The notes beneath the pieces were generated by a model, which saw only the letters and a program-made list of their open reading frames with translations, searched no databases and was not told where the DNA came from. A stretch of 64,000 nucleotides of DNA from an uncultured Trueperaceae bacterium (GTDB lineage Bacteria > Deinococcota > Deinococci > Deinococcales > Trueperaceae): the NCBI GenBank assembly GCA_963815215.1, contig CAWFFU010000003.1:128001-192000 (forward strand), read 5' to 3'. Position numbers and translations under genes: made by a program. Numbering within the stretch: position 1 is the stretch's first letter; the number at the start of each line of letters is the position of its first letter. Positions 1 through 10,399 of this stretch are shown here, piece by piece.

Positions 1-1538
1 TGGTCCGGGACCTGGTGCGTGACCGCGACACCGCGGTGCTCTACGTCTCGCACAGCCTGGGCGTCGTCGCTGAGCTGTGCGACCGGGTCGCGGTGCTCTA
101 CGCCGGCGAGCTGGTCGAGGACGCGCCGACCCGGGAGCTGTACGATCGGCCGCGTCACCCGTACACGCAGGGTCTGTTCGACAGCGTGCCGAGGTTGGGG
201 ACCACCCGTCGGTCGGTCTCGCTGCGACCCATTCCGGGACGCATCCCCTCGCCGTCGGCGCTGCCGCCCGGATGCGTGTTCGCGCCGCGCTGTCCGATCG
301 CGATCGACGCCTGCCGTGCCGATCAGCCTCCGCTGGAGCCCGCCGGGGAGGGCTCGGTGCGTTGCATCCGATGGCGAGACATCGAGGCTGGGAGCGTGGA
401 CCCGCATCAGAGTGCGCCCCCCTCCCGCGTCTCGATGCCCCCCGGCGAGGTCGACGCCGTGCTCGACGTCGCCGGCCTGCGCAAGTACTTTCCGCTGCGG
501 CGGTCGCTGGGCGAGTTGCTTTCGGGCGGACCGCTGCGCGCGGTGCGCGCCGTGGAGGACATCAGCGTGACCGTGAGGCGCGGCCACACGCTGGGCCTGG
601 TGGGGGAGAGTGGTTCGGGCAAGAGCACCACCGCCCGTGCCATCGTCGGTCTCGACCCCGCCTCCGAGGGCACCATCGAACTCGCCGGCAGGAGACTGGA
701 CCGTAGGCTCGGGCGCCGCTCCCAGGCCGATGTCCGTCGCCTTCAGATGGTCTTCCAGAGCTCCGACGAAGCGCTCAATCCCTACCGCACGGTCGGCGCC
801 ACCCTGCGGCGCCCCTTCCGCCGGCTGGCCGGGATGTCCCGCGCCGACGCGGCCGAACGCGTGAGGCGGTTGTTGCAGGACGTGCAGCTCACTGCCGATT
901 ACGCTGCGCGCCGACCGTCGGAGCTCTCCGGCGGCGAGAAGCAGCGTGTTGCCATCGCCCGCGCGTTCGCCTCCGAGCCGGAGGTGCTGGTCTTCGACGA
1001 GTCGGTGTCAGGGCTCGACGTGTCGGTCCAGGCCGCCATCCTCAACTTGCTCGGCGCGCTGCAGGAGGAGCGCGGCACCGGCTACCTGTTCATCTCCCAC
1101 GATCTTGCCGTGGTCAGCTTCCTGGCCGACTACGTGGCGGTGGTGTACCTGGGCCGGGTGATGGAATCCGGTCCTGCCGGGCGTGTGCTGCGCCCCCCCT
1201 TCCACCCGTACACGGAGGCGCTGCTGTCGGCGATCCCGTTGCTCGACCCCGGCGCCGAGCGTTCCCACGTGCGGCTGGAGGGGGAGGTGCCGAGCCCGGT
1301 GGATACGCCTTCAGGCTGCGTCTTCCACACCCGCTGTCCGCGCTACCTGGGCGACGTGTGCCGGGACGAGTCGCCGCCCTGGCGTGAGGCGGGTGACGAC
1401 CACGGCATCTATTGCCACATCCCGTTGGACGAGCTCGCTGCCTCCCAGGCGCCTGTCTTCCGCCTCGCGACGCGCGACCTTCCCGCGGCCGCGGGGGCCC
1501 CGCGCGCTTCCGGGGCCGAGGGCGACGACCGTGGGTAG
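1..1538 (+). CDS. Fused dipeptide/oligopeptide ABC ATP-binding protein (DppD/DppF-type), 5'-truncated by window edge
   Basis: Frame is open from the window start. End of first ATPase (SHSLGVV, HPYT, GCVFAPRC), then a second with [24 protein letters not shown] and HPYT. Confidence 0.93.
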   Translation, partial: VRDLVRDRDTAVLYVSHSLGVVAELCDRVAVLYAGELVEDAPTRELYDRPRHPYTQGLFDSVPRLGTTRRSVSLRPIPGRIPSPSALPPGCVFAPRCPIAIDACRADQPPLEPAGEGSVRCIRWRDIEAGSVDPHQSAPPSRVSMPPGEVDAVLDVAGLRKYFPLRRSLGELLSGGPLRAVRAVEDISVTVRRGHTLGLVGESGSGKSTTARAIVGLDPASEGTIELAGRRLDRRLGRRSQADVRRLQMVFQSSDEALNPYRTVGATLRRPFRRLAGMSRADAAERVRRLLQDVQLTADYAARRPSELSGGEKQRVAIARAFASEPEVLVFDESVSGLDVSVQAAILNLLGALQEERGTGYLFISHDLAVVSFLADYVAVVYLGRVMESGPAGRVLRPPFHPYTEALLSAIPLLDPGAERSHVRLEGEVPSPVDTPSGCVFHTRCPRYLGDVCRDESPPWREAGDDHGIYCHIPLDELAASQAPVFRLATRDLPAAAGAPRASGAEGDDRG

Positions 1539-2475
1539 GTTCGTGCTGCGGCGTCTGGGCTTCCTGCTACTGACGCTGCTCTTCACGTCGCTGCTCATCT
1601 TCCTGATCACGCAGGCGCTGCCGGGCGACGTGGCGCGCATCCTGCTGGGTCGGGAGGCGAGCCAGCAGGCGCTCGACCAGCTCCGCAGCCAGCTCGGGCT
1701 CGATCGGCCGTTGCCGGTGCAGTACCTGAGCTGGCTCGGCGACTTCGTCCGCGGCGACTGGGGCACGTCGTTCAGCACCGGCCAGAGCGTGCGCGCCCTG
1801 GTGCTGGCGCGGCTCGGGAATTCGCTCGAACTGGCCGGACTTACCCTCGTCATCGCCGTGCCGACCGCCGTGACGCTGGGGGTCATCGCCGCCCTGCACG
1901 AGGAGAGCTGGATCGATACCCTCATCAGCCTCGCCAGCCTTTCGGTGGTGGGTCTGCCCGAGTTCATCACCGGGCTGGTGCTCATCCAAGTCTTCAGCTT
2001 CCGGCTCGGGTGGTTGCCGGCCAACTCATCCATCGCGCCGGACACGGGGTTCATCGCCGCCTTGCCGTCGCTGGTGCTGCCCGCGCTCACGGCCACGCTG
2101 GTGCTTCTCGCCTACGTGGCCCGGTTGACGCGGGCGAGCATGCTGGTGGAGCTCAATCGCCCCTACGTGCGCACAGCCGTCCTCAAGGGCGTGCGCTGGC
2201 GGCGCGTGGTGGTGGCGCACGTGCTACGCAACGCCCTGCTGCCGACAATCACCGTGGTGGCCATCAGCTTCGGGTGGCTGATCAGCGGGCTCATCGTGGT
2301 CGAGAACGTCTTCAACTATCCGGGACTCGGCAGGCTACTGACCTTCGCCATCGCGCGGCGCGACATCCCGCTGATCCAGGCGGTGGCGCTGGTGGCGGTA
2401 CTCGGGTTCGCGCTGGCGAACCTGGTGGCGGATATCTTATACGCGGCCTTCAACCCCCGCATTACTCTGCGTTGA
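1531..2475 (+). CDS. Peptide ABC transporter permease (DppB/OppB family)
   Basis: GTG at 1531 overlaps the upstream stop; MGRFVLRRL, LPGD..LGLDRPL..QYL..GDWG, EAA-like loop (YVRTAVLKG), PRI C-terminus. Confidence 0.92.
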   Translation: MGRFVLRRLGFLLLTLLFTSLLIFLITQALPGDVARILLGREASQQALDQLRSQLGLDRPLPVQYLSWLGDFVRGDWGTSFSTGQSVRALVLARLGNSLELAGLTLVIAVPTAVTLGVIAALHEESWIDTLISLASLSVVGLPEFITGLVLIQVFSFRLGWLPANSSIAPDTGFIAALPSLVLPALTATLVLLAYVARLTRASMLVELNRPYVRTAVLKGVRWRRVVVAHVLRNALLPTITVVAISFGWLISGLIVVENVFNYPGLGRLLTFAIARRDIPLIQAVALVAVLGFALANLVADILYAAFNPRITLR

Positions 2476-2506
2476 CGGGCGCCCTCGGGCGCTGCGGAGG
2501 TGTGAT

Positions 2507-3406
2507 GTGCGACGGGCCTGGCTGCTTGCTCTGTTGGTGATCCCCCTGCTGGTGACGGCATGTGCGCCGGGTACGGAGGCGGGCATCGCGGCGCCGACGT
2601 TCACCGTGCTGCAGAGCGGGACGGGCTTCCGATCCGTTGACCCCCCCGGCGTCGGGGCGGGCGCCGCCGTGTTCGACGTCCGCCTCCGAGCAACCAACCC
2701 CAATCCGATCGGCTTCACGGTGGCCAGCCTGGACGGGGACTTCTACCTCGGCGGTCACCCGGCGGCAACAACGACGTTCCGCCAAGGGATCGAGCTGCCG
2801 GCCCACGGCAGCAGTGACCTGACCCTCGAGATCCGGGTGCCGCTGGCGCAGGCGCCCGCTCTCCTCCAGACGCTGGCGGGCCTGCTCACCGGAGCCTCCA
2901 CGGACTACCGTGTCGACGCCACGGTGGGCGTTCGGGTGTTCGGCGCGGTGCAGCGCTTCCCGCGCGCCACGCTGGCGCAGGGGCGCGTGCGATGGTCGCC
3001 GGCCTGGGTCGCGCCGCGGATCCAGCTCGCCTCATCCGGCCCCTCCTTGCACGTCGAATCGCTCACCCGTGTCACCGTGCAGATCGCAGCCACCTTGTAC
3101 AACCCGGCGCCGCTGGGCTACGTGGTGCAGGCTCCGACGGTGCATCTGGCGCTCGCCGGCACCCCGGTCGCCACCGCGCAGCTCGGCCGGGTCGTGGCGC
3201 CCGCAGGCGCCACGGTGCCCGTCAACCTGACGTTCAGCTTCAACCCCCTGCAGGTCGGTCCGGCACTGGCGGCCCAGGTCTCGGCCGTCGCTTCGGGTGC
3301 CGGCAGCCTCGCCTTCGGCGTGTCGGGGCCCCTCGTGCTGGAGGCGCCGGGGCTCGCCACCCACAACGTCGACGCCGCGGCGTTGCTGAGCGGCACGCTG
3401 CGCTGA
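2507..3406 (+). CDS. Lipoprotein with tandem LEA_2/WHy-like domains
   Basis: Lipobox LVTA-C; two beta-rich repeats with NPN/YNP motifs (VRLRATNPNPIG, ATLYNPAPLG). Confidence 0.75.
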   Translation: MRRAWLLALLVIPLLVTACAPGTEAGIAAPTFTVLQSGTGFRSVDPPGVGAGAAVFDVRLRATNPNPIGFTVASLDGDFYLGGHPAATTTFRQGIELPAHGSSDLTLEIRVPLAQAPALLQTLAGLLTGASTDYRVDATVGVRVFGAVQRFPRATLAQGRVRWSPAWVAPRIQLASSGPSLHVESLTRVTVQIAATLYNPAPLGYVVQAPTVHLALAGTPVATAQLGRVVAPAGATVPVNLTFSFNPLQVGPALAAQVSAVASGAGSLAFGVSGPLVLEAPGLATHNVDAAALLSGTLR

Positions 3407-3467
3407 CGGTCGCGCATGCCGCGTCGGCGGCGGTTCGGCCACGATCGCGCGCCGAGCGTGTCGCGGG

Positions 3468-5708
3468 TCAATCGGGACTGAGCTTGCTACGCCGCACCAG
3501 GCGCGCCAACGCCGGCGGCATCCACCAGTTCCAGCGGCCCGCCATCGTCATCACCGCGGGCACCAGCGCCAAGCGAACCAGCGTGCTGTCGAGCAGCACG
3601 GCGACCGACAAGCCGAGGCCGAGGGTGCGCACCAGCACCACGTGGCTGAACAGGAACAGCGCGAACACCGTGATCATCACGGCTGCGGCGCTGGTGATGA
3701 CACCGCCCGTGGCCGAAAGTGCGGTGGCGACCGCCTCTCGGTCGCTCGCTCCGCGGTCGTGCTGCTCCTGGATCCGCGCTACCAGGAACACCTCGTAGTC
3801 CATGCTCAGCCCGAACACGATCGCGAAGATGAACAGTGGCGCGCTGGTGTCGATGTAGCCGAGGACCGGGCCTCCACCGAAGAGCGTGGTGAGCACCCCC
3901 TGTTGGAACACCAGCGTGATGACGCCGTAGGCCGCGGCGACGGTCAGGGTGTTCAGCAAGATAGCCTTGATGGGGATGAGCAACGACCTGAAGGCCAGTC
4001 CCAGCACCACCACCGTGGCGAGGTATACCAGCAGCACGGCCCAGGGGAAGCTGCGGTAGAGCACCGCCGCCCACTCGGACTCCTGCACGTAGCCTCCCCC
4101 GACTCGCGCGTCGAGTCCGAGCGCCTTGGCGCGGCCTTCGATGGAGCGCAGCAACGAGGCGCCCTGCGCCGGGGTGAGCGTGCCCTTGGGGAAGACCCGC
4201 ACCAGCGCGTAGCGCCCGGTCGTACTGATGGTGGCTCTGGCGAGGGGCGCGATCTCGCTCTTCAACGCGATGTCCGGCGAGGCGTAGTACTGGTAGAGGA
4301 ACAGCCGAGGGACGCTGCTCACCGCCATCGGGCTGGTGATGGCCTCCACCCGGTCCAGCGCCGTCAGGCTGCGGTCGAGCTCGGAGACCTTGCGGATGTT
4401 GTCCGGCCGGTAGAAGCCCTTGGGCCCGAAGTCCAGCAGCACGTCGAAGGAACTGAGAAGGCCCTCCAGACCCAGGCTCTCCAGGGCGGTCACGGTGCGG
4501 TTGGCTTCGGTGGACTTGGAGAGCCCCCGGGGTCCGGGATCGGCCACCTGCATGCCGAGTGCCGGCAGCCCTGCCGCGATCAGCACGACGGCCCCGATCG
4601 CCGCCCACAACACGGGCCGTCGCATGATCTCGTGGGCGCGGGCGCGCCAGAAGCTGCGGCTTCGCAGCCCCGGCTCGCGGCGCGTGACCTTCAGCCAGTT
4701 CACCCGATGGCCCAGCAGAGCCAGCGCAGCCGGTAGCGCCGTGACCGATACCGAGACGCTGATCAGCAACACGATGATGGTGCCCACGCCGATGGATCGG
4801 ATGAACGCCAGCGGCGGCACCAATAGCCCGCTCAGCGCCATCACCACGGTGAGACCGCTGAAGGCGACGGCCTTGCCTGCCGTCTGCGCGGTGCGTTCGG
4901 CCGCCTGCCGCGGGTCGAAGGTATGGCGCAGCTCCTCGCGGAAGCGGTTCACCATCAGCAACGCGTAGTCGATGCCGGTCGCCAGCCCGAGCATGGTCAC
5001 GATGGTCTGGGTGAACACGGCGAACTCGACCACCTGCCCCATGGCGTACAGGGCAGCGAGCGACACGGTGATGGAGGCCAGCGCCACCAGCAGCGGCAGG
5101 GCCGAAGCGATGACGGCCCCGAAAGCGATCACCAGGATCAGCAGCGAGATCGGCAGGCCGAACACCTCGGCGCGCCGGGCATCGCGCTCGCTCACATGCT
5201 CCAACTCCTGCACGGTGGCCGGCCCGCCGGCCATGGTGAAGCTCAGGCCCGCCTCCCCGGTGAGCGCCTGTCGGATGTGGTTGGTGATGACCTTGGCCCT
5301 GCCCAGGTCGGGCGCCGCCATGCTGACCAGCGCCACCGTGAAGCGGTTGTCCGCCGACACCAGGTTCAGGCCGGTGACGCTTCGGTGGTCGCGAACCGCG
5401 GTCACGCCCGGAACCGCCTTGATGCGGTCCACCACCCGGGCGAAGGCCTCATCGAAGGCGGGCTGGCCCACGCGATCACCGACGCCGTGCGCCACCAGCA
5501 CCACGTTGTAGTCGTCGGGGAGGGCGAACTGCTGGCGCAACACGGCGCGCACCTGCCGCGCGACGCTGTGGGGCGCCATGCCGGGCTGTGCCGTCAGGAC
5601 GGTCCCGACCCTCGCTGCGAACGGGAGCGAGATCCCTGCCAGCAGCAGCCACGCGGCCAGGACCCATCTCGGGTAGCGGGCCGTGATCCGTGCCATGCGT
5701 GTCAACAT
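3468..5708 (-). CDS. MMPL family (RND) transporter
   Basis: GIDYALLMVNRFREE and FGLSMDYEVFLVARIQE motifs, C-terminal GRWNWWMP; start placed at MLTRMAR (5708). Confidence 0.92.
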   Translation of the reverse strand: MLTRMARITARYPRWVLAAWLLLAGISLPFAARVGTVLTAQPGMAPHSVARQVRAVLRQQFALPDDYNVVLVAHGVGDRVGQPAFDEAFARVVDRIKAVPGVTAVRDHRSVTGLNLVSADNRFTVALVSMAAPDLGRAKVITNHIRQALTGEAGLSFTMAGGPATVQELEHVSERDARRAEVFGLPISLLILVIAFGAVIASALPLLVALASITVSLAALYAMGQVVEFAVFTQTIVTMLGLATGIDYALLMVNRFREELRHTFDPRQAAERTAQTAGKAVAFSGLTVVMALSGLLVPPLAFIRSIGVGTIIVLLISVSVSVTALPAALALLGHRVNWLKVTRREPGLRSRSFWRARAHEIMRRPVLWAAIGAVVLIAAGLPALGMQVADPGPRGLSKSTEANRTVTALESLGLEGLLSSFDVLLDFGPKGFYRPDNIRKVSELDRSLTALDRVEAITSPMAVSSVPRLFLYQYYASPDIALKSEIAPLARATISTTGRYALVRVFPKGTLTPAQGASLLRSIEGRAKALGLDARVGGGYVQESEWAAVLYRSFPWAVLLVYLATVVVLGLAFRSLLIPIKAILLNTLTVAAAYGVITLVFQQGVLTTLFGGGPVLGYIDTSAPLFIFAIVFGLSMDYEVFLVARIQEQHDRGASDREAVATALSATGGVITSAAAVMITVFALFLFSHVVLVRTLGLGLSVAVLLDSTLVRLALVPAVMTMAGRWNWWMPPALARLVRRSKLSPD

Positions 5709-5736
5709 GCTGCCTGCCGGGGCCGCGCGGACCCGC

Positions 5737-6477
5737 TCATACCCCCACGAAGCGTTCGATGATGTCGCGGGCGTCGCTCTCGCGTGTAGCGGTCTCGCCG
5801 GACACCTGGCCGTCACGGAGGAACACGATGCGGTCGGCGTGCATGGCGGCGTTGGGGTCGTGGGTGACCATCACCACGGTCCAGCCGAAGGTGTCGACGC
5901 CGTGTCTAAGTAGCTCCAGTACCTCGGTGCCGGTGTGGGTGTCGAGATTGCCGGTGGGCTCGTCGGCCAGCACCACCACGGGGTCGTTGATGAGGGCGCG
6001 CGCCAGCGCCACACGCTGACGCTGCCCCCCCGAGAGCTGGCGGGGACGGTGGTTGAGCCGGTCGGCGATGGCCAGCTGGTCCGCCAGGTCGTGGAGCCGT
6101 TGGGCCGCCTGGGCACCGCGCCCTGCGATCTCGGCCGGCAGCAGGATGTTCTCGCGTGCCGTTAGGTTGGGGATCAGTTCGAAGCTCTGGAACAGGAAGC
6201 CTAGCTTGGTGCGTCGTAGCGCCGTCAGCGCGTCGTCGTCCAGATCCACGGTGGCCTGACCGACGACCTCCACGCTGCCGCGGTCCGGCACATCGAGCAG
6301 CCCCAGAAGGTGCAGCAGGGTGCTCTTGCCGCTTCCGCTGGGCCCCATCACCGCCAGGAACTCGCCCGCCCTGACCGCCAGGTCGATGCCCTTCAGAGCG
6401 TCGATGGTGAGGTCGCCGAGGCGGTAGCTCTTGCTCAGCTCGCGCGCGCGTAGGACTGGACTGTCGTTCGTTGCCAT
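5737..6477 (-). CDS. ABC transporter ATP-binding protein (LolD/MacB-like)
   Basis: GPSGSGKS, LSGGQRQR, LADEPTGNLD, VTHD. Confidence 0.95.
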   Translation of the reverse strand: MATNDSPVLRARELSKSYRLGDLTIDALKGIDLAVRAGEFLAVMGPSGSGKSTLLHLLGLLDVPDRGSVEVVGQATVDLDDDALTALRRTKLGFLFQSFELIPNLTARENILLPAEIAGRGAQAAQRLHDLADQLAIADRLNHRPRQLSGGQRQRVALARALINDPVVVLADEPTGNLDTHTGTEVLELLRHGVDTFGWTVVMVTHDPNAAMHADRIVFLRDGQVSGETATRESDARDIIERFVGV

Positions 6478-6479
6478 CG

Positions 6480-9047
6480 TTACTCCACGAATCCCAACGC
6501 TCGGGTGGGGGAGAGTTGAGCCGCACGTCGCGCCGGCAGGAGCGAAGCGAGCAGGCCCACCAGGGGGGATGCCACCAGGGCCAGACCCACCAGGGTCCAG
6601 TCGATCGCCGGCGTCAGCAGGAAGCCGGTCAGGGCGCTCGCGCCCGCGCTGATGACCCGCGCAAGGAGCAACCCGAAGGCCACGCCGAGCACGGCGCCCA
6701 CGAAAGTGACCACCATACCCTCGGAGGCGATGAGACGCCTCACGCCGCCGCGCGTCATCCCGACCGTGCGCAGCACAGCGATCTCATGGCTGCGGCTCAC
6801 GAGGTTCATGCCAAGCGTGTTGGCCACGCCCAGTGCGGCGACCAGCACGGCGATCAACAGCAGCATGTTGGTGGTCTGGAAGGACCGTTGGGTCAGCCGC
6901 AGGATGGCACTCCGGTAGTCGGCGTTGAGGGTGGCGTCCAGATGGAGCCCGGGGAAGGCCGACAACAGTTCCCGGCGCACCTGGTGTGGATCGGCGCCCG
7001 GCTTGTCGGCGATGACGAATAGATCGGGTGACCCGCCCCCGAACTCGGGCAGGTCGTGGATGCTGCCCACCACCGTCTCGCCGCCTCCGGTGAAGTCGAC
7101 CACCACGCCGGCCACCGGGAACTCCCGGAAGCCGTCGACCGTCCGCAGCCGGATGGTGTCGCCCTTCTTGATGCCGTACCTGTCGCGCATGGTGTTGGCC
7201 ACCAGGACCTGGCCACCCTTGGACAGAGCATGGAAGCCCTCGAGATTGTTCCCCTGGCCCTGGATGTACTGGAAGCGGCCGAAGCCGCCGTTGGGATCGA
7301 AACGCTGCGGGTCGACCAGGATCATGGCGATGGAGCGCCCGCGCCCACCTCCCTGCGGCTCGAAGCGGACCACCCGGATCCCCACACCGCTGGCCACTTT
7401 CACACCCGGAAGCTGCTGGGCCCGCTGCTCGAAGTCGTCGGGGAAGCTCACCGGCGAGGTCACGAAGACATCGCCCACGATGGTGGTGTCGACCCAGGAG
7501 GTGATGGCCCGGTTGATCCCGGCGACCATCGAGCCGACGCCGATGATCAGGCCGGTGCCCACTGCCACGGTCCCGATGGCTACCCCGTTGCGGGCGGCGT
7601 TGCGCAGGGCGAAGTTGCTTCCCAGACGGCCCGAGGTGCCGAAGAGGCGCACCAGAAGGGGAGTGAACAGCGCCAGCGCAGGGCGCAGCAGGCTGGGCGT
7701 GGCCATCGCGACGCCGACGAAGAACACGGCCATGGCGGTGCCGCTGGCGACGAGTGCCAGGTACCCCGACCACGGCAGCACACTCAGGACCACGCCCAGC
7801 GCCAGAAGGCTCCAACCGAGCACCGCCTGGCGCGGCGGGGCCGCTTCCTCCGCATTCCGACCGGCCGCGATGGGCGGTGTGCGCGAGGCGTTCCGGGCCG
7901 GAAGCACGCCGGCGGCGAGCGAGACCAGGACGCCGACGCCGGAGGCCAGGGCCACGCTCCGGACCGGGATCACCAAGGTGCGGAAATCGAACCCCAGGCT
8001 GACGGCGTTCATGCGGGTGATGACGTAGGCCAGCCCCACCCCGAGCAGCAGGCCCATCAGCACGCCCACCAGGCTCAGCGCCGCTGCTTCGTACAGCGCC
8101 AGTCGCTGAACGTCACCGCGCGTCATGCAGATGGTGCGCAGCAGGGCGTACTCGCGCGTCCGCTCCACGACCGAGGCCATGAACGTGTTGTAGGCCATGA
8201 AGCCGCCCAACGCTAGCAGCGTCACGGCCAGTACGGACAGTCCGGACTGCAAGGTATCGACGATGCCCGAGGCCACGTTGCCGGACACGGCGGGGTAGGT
8301 CACGGTCAGGTCCTGCGAAAGGGAGGGCAGGCGCGCTTCGATACGGGCCCGCACGTCCTCCACGGGAACCGACGGATCGACCAGGACCTCGATGTGCGAC
8401 GCCCGCCCCTGCATGTGCAGGATGACCCGCAAGTCCTGGATGGCGATGATTCCCACGCGTCCGCCGTTGGTGCTGGCGAGGCCGTAGCCGTCGTCGAGGA
8501 GCCCGGTCACGGTGAGTGGCACGTCGCCGAAGCTGGTCGCGAAGCGGACGGTGTCACCCACCGCGATGCCGCGCTCCTGGGCGAACCCCTGGGCGATGGC
8601 GACGCCGTCCGAGCCGGGTTGGGGCAGCGCGCCCTGGGCCAGCTTGGCCGGCAGGTCGGTCGGGACGGTGGTGACGCGGCCGCTGAGTTGGAAGCCGGTG
8701 TCGACGCCCGGGATGATCGACTTCTGGAAGTCCTGGATGGCGCGCACGGGTTCGGCGCGGGTGTTCAGAACGGGGTACGCGGCCTTCACTCCGGACATCT
8801 TGCGGACCAGGTCGAGAGCGGGACCGTCTTCGAACACGGCTCGCCCTCCCGCGCCCGGCGTCACCAGCAGGTCGGCCTTCCCCGAGGCCGCCTGCAGCGC
8901 ACCGCGCACGTTGGCCTCGACGTTGGCACCGACCGAGAGCGTGGTCAGCACCGCCGCGATGCCGATGCCCACGCCGAGGACGGTGGCAAGGCTGCGCCAG
9001 GGGTGCCGGAGCAGGTTCAGGAGGGCCAATCGACGCAGCGCGGTCAC
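6480..9047 (-). CDS. FtsX-like ABC permease (duplicated LolC/E or MacB-type, 855 aa)
   Basis: Two MacB_PCD+FtsX halves (VVERTREYALLRTICM; SRSHEIAVLRTVGM; LPARRAA). Confidence 0.9.
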   Translation of the reverse strand: MTALRRLALLNLLRHPWRSLATVLGVGIGIAAVLTTLSVGANVEANVRGALQAASGKADLLVTPGAGGRAVFEDGPALDLVRKMSGVKAAYPVLNTRAEPVRAIQDFQKSIIPGVDTGFQLSGRVTTVPTDLPAKLAQGALPQPGSDGVAIAQGFAQERGIAVGDTVRFATSFGDVPLTVTGLLDDGYGLASTNGGRVGIIAIQDLRVILHMQGRASHIEVLVDPSVPVEDVRARIEARLPSLSQDLTVTYPAVSGNVASGIVDTLQSGLSVLAVTLLALGGFMAYNTFMASVVERTREYALLRTICMTRGDVQRLALYEAAALSLVGVLMGLLLGVGLAYVITRMNAVSLGFDFRTLVIPVRSVALASGVGVLVSLAAGVLPARNASRTPPIAAGRNAEEAAPPRQAVLGWSLLALGVVLSVLPWSGYLALVASGTAMAVFFVGVAMATPSLLRPALALFTPLLVRLFGTSGRLGSNFALRNAARNGVAIGTVAVGTGLIIGVGSMVAGINRAITSWVDTTIVGDVFVTSPVSFPDDFEQRAQQLPGVKVASGVGIRVVRFEPQGGGRGRSIAMILVDPQRFDPNGGFGRFQYIQGQGNNLEGFHALSKGGQVLVANTMRDRYGIKKGDTIRLRTVDGFREFPVAGVVVDFTGGGETVVGSIHDLPEFGGGSPDLFVIADKPGADPHQVRRELLSAFPGLHLDATLNADYRSAILRLTQRSFQTTNMLLLIAVLVAALGVANTLGMNLVSRSHEIAVLRTVGMTRGGVRRLIASEGMVVTFVGAVLGVAFGLLLARVISAGASALTGFLLTPAIDWTLVGLALVASPLVGLLASLLPARRAAQLSPTRALGFVE

Positions 9048-9054
9048 GTCCTCC

Positions 9055-9137
9055 AGTGTACCGTCGCCGCGCCGCCTCCGCAGGCTCGGGGGACCGTCAC
9101 CCAGCCGAGGCGCTCCTCACGGCGCCGGCGGTAGAAT
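9055..9137. promoter_or_regulatory. Back-to-back -10 boxes for divergent, probably leaderless transcripts
   Basis: TACACT (minus, 9055-9060) lies 7 nt before GTG 9047; TAGAAT (plus, 9132-9137) lies 8 nt before ATG 9146. Confidence 0.6.
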
Positions 9138-9145
9138 CGGCCGAA

Positions 9146-10375
9146 ATGCGTATCGCTTACGTCACCGATGAGGCGTATCCCGGGTTCGGCGGGCAGGCCA
9201 CCGCCACGGAGGCGCACGTCCGGGCCCTGGCGGACCTCGGCCACGAGCTCCACGTGGTGGTCGGACGGCAGCGCGGTCAGACCGAGCCCCCTGCGGGCGT
9301 GCGGCTGTCGACCCTGCCGGTGTTCCCGTTGGGATCGCTGTCGCACATCGCGTTGCCCCGCAAGAGCGTGCTGGCCCCGGTACTGGACTGGGCCGACATC
9401 GTGCATATCAATCTTCCCGGTCCGTTGGCTGCGGCCACCATGCGTCTGGCCCGTAGACGCGGCCTCCCGGTGGTGATGGGGCTCCACATCCAGGAGCAGA
9501 ACACGTCGATGCACCTACTCGGGCCGCTGCGCCCGATCTTGGAGGGCATCCTGCATCGCTTCTACCGGAGGCTCTTCGGCGAGGCCGACTGTGTCACGGC
9601 TCCTACGGCGTTCGCCGGACGGCTCGCGGGGAGCTACGCGCCGCCCCGCATCGAAGTGGTGTCCAACGGCCTCGATCCGTTCACCGAAGGGCCCGGCTTC
9701 GACGAGGAGGTCGGTACCCTGCGACGCGAGTTGCTCGCAGGTGGCGACGACGTAGTGGTGTCGTACGTGGGCCGACTCTACCCCGAGAAGCATCCCGAAG
9801 AGCTCGTTGCGTTGCTGGCTGCCGCACGCGAGCGCGGGTCGAAGGCGGTGCTGGCGGTGGCGGGACGCGGGCCGATGAGCGAGCGCCTGGTCGAGCTGGC
9901 GCGCCGCGCCGGGGTCGCAGACCACGTGCGGCTCCTGGGCTTCGTCGAAGAACGTCGCAAACGTGCGTTACTTCGCGCCACGGATGTGTTCCTGATGCCC
10001 TCCGAGGTGGAACTCCAGAGCATCGCGACCATGGAGGCCATGAGCGCCGGATGCCCCATCCTCACCGCCGACTACCCTACGAGCGCCGTACCGGATCTGG
10101 TGAAGGAGTGTGGAGCCGGCGTCGCCTACCCGGCGGGGCGACCCGATCGAGGGGCGCAGCTGCTGGTGGAGATGCTGGCCGACGAGGGGGGGATGACGCG
10201 CTACCGGCGGGCGGCCCTCGAGTCGGCCGGCTCGTTCGAGCTACCGGCCATCGGGCGCCGTCTCGCGGCGATCTACGAGGAGCTCATCGCCGGTCACGGC
10301 ACGCCGGGCACGGCACGCCGCCCGCGGGATCGACGGTTCACCCGGGGCGAGGCGCCGCTGCCGGGACGCTCCTGA
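9146..10375 (+). CDS. Glycosyltransferase family 4
   Basis: MRIAYVTDEAYPGFGG N-terminus, YVGRLYPEK, MPSEVELQSIATMEAM (Ex7E motif). Confidence 0.9.
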   Translation: MRIAYVTDEAYPGFGGQATATEAHVRALADLGHELHVVVGRQRGQTEPPAGVRLSTLPVFPLGSLSHIALPRKSVLAPVLDWADIVHINLPGPLAAATMRLARRRGLPVVMGLHIQEQNTSMHLLGPLRPILEGILHRFYRRLFGEADCVTAPTAFAGRLAGSYAPPRIEVVSNGLDPFTEGPGFDEEVGTLRRELLAGGDDVVVSYVGRLYPEKHPEELVALLAAARERGSKAVLAVAGRGPMSERLVELARRAGVADHVRLLGFVEERRKRALLRATDVFLMPSEVELQSIATMEAMSAGCPILTADYPTSAVPDLVKECGAGVAYPAGRPDRGAQLLVEMLADEGGMTRYRRAALESAGSFELPAIGRRLAAIYEELIAGHGTPGTARRPRDRRFTRGEAPLPGRS

Positions 10376-10399
10376 CCGCGGCCCGGGGGCGATAGGCTC

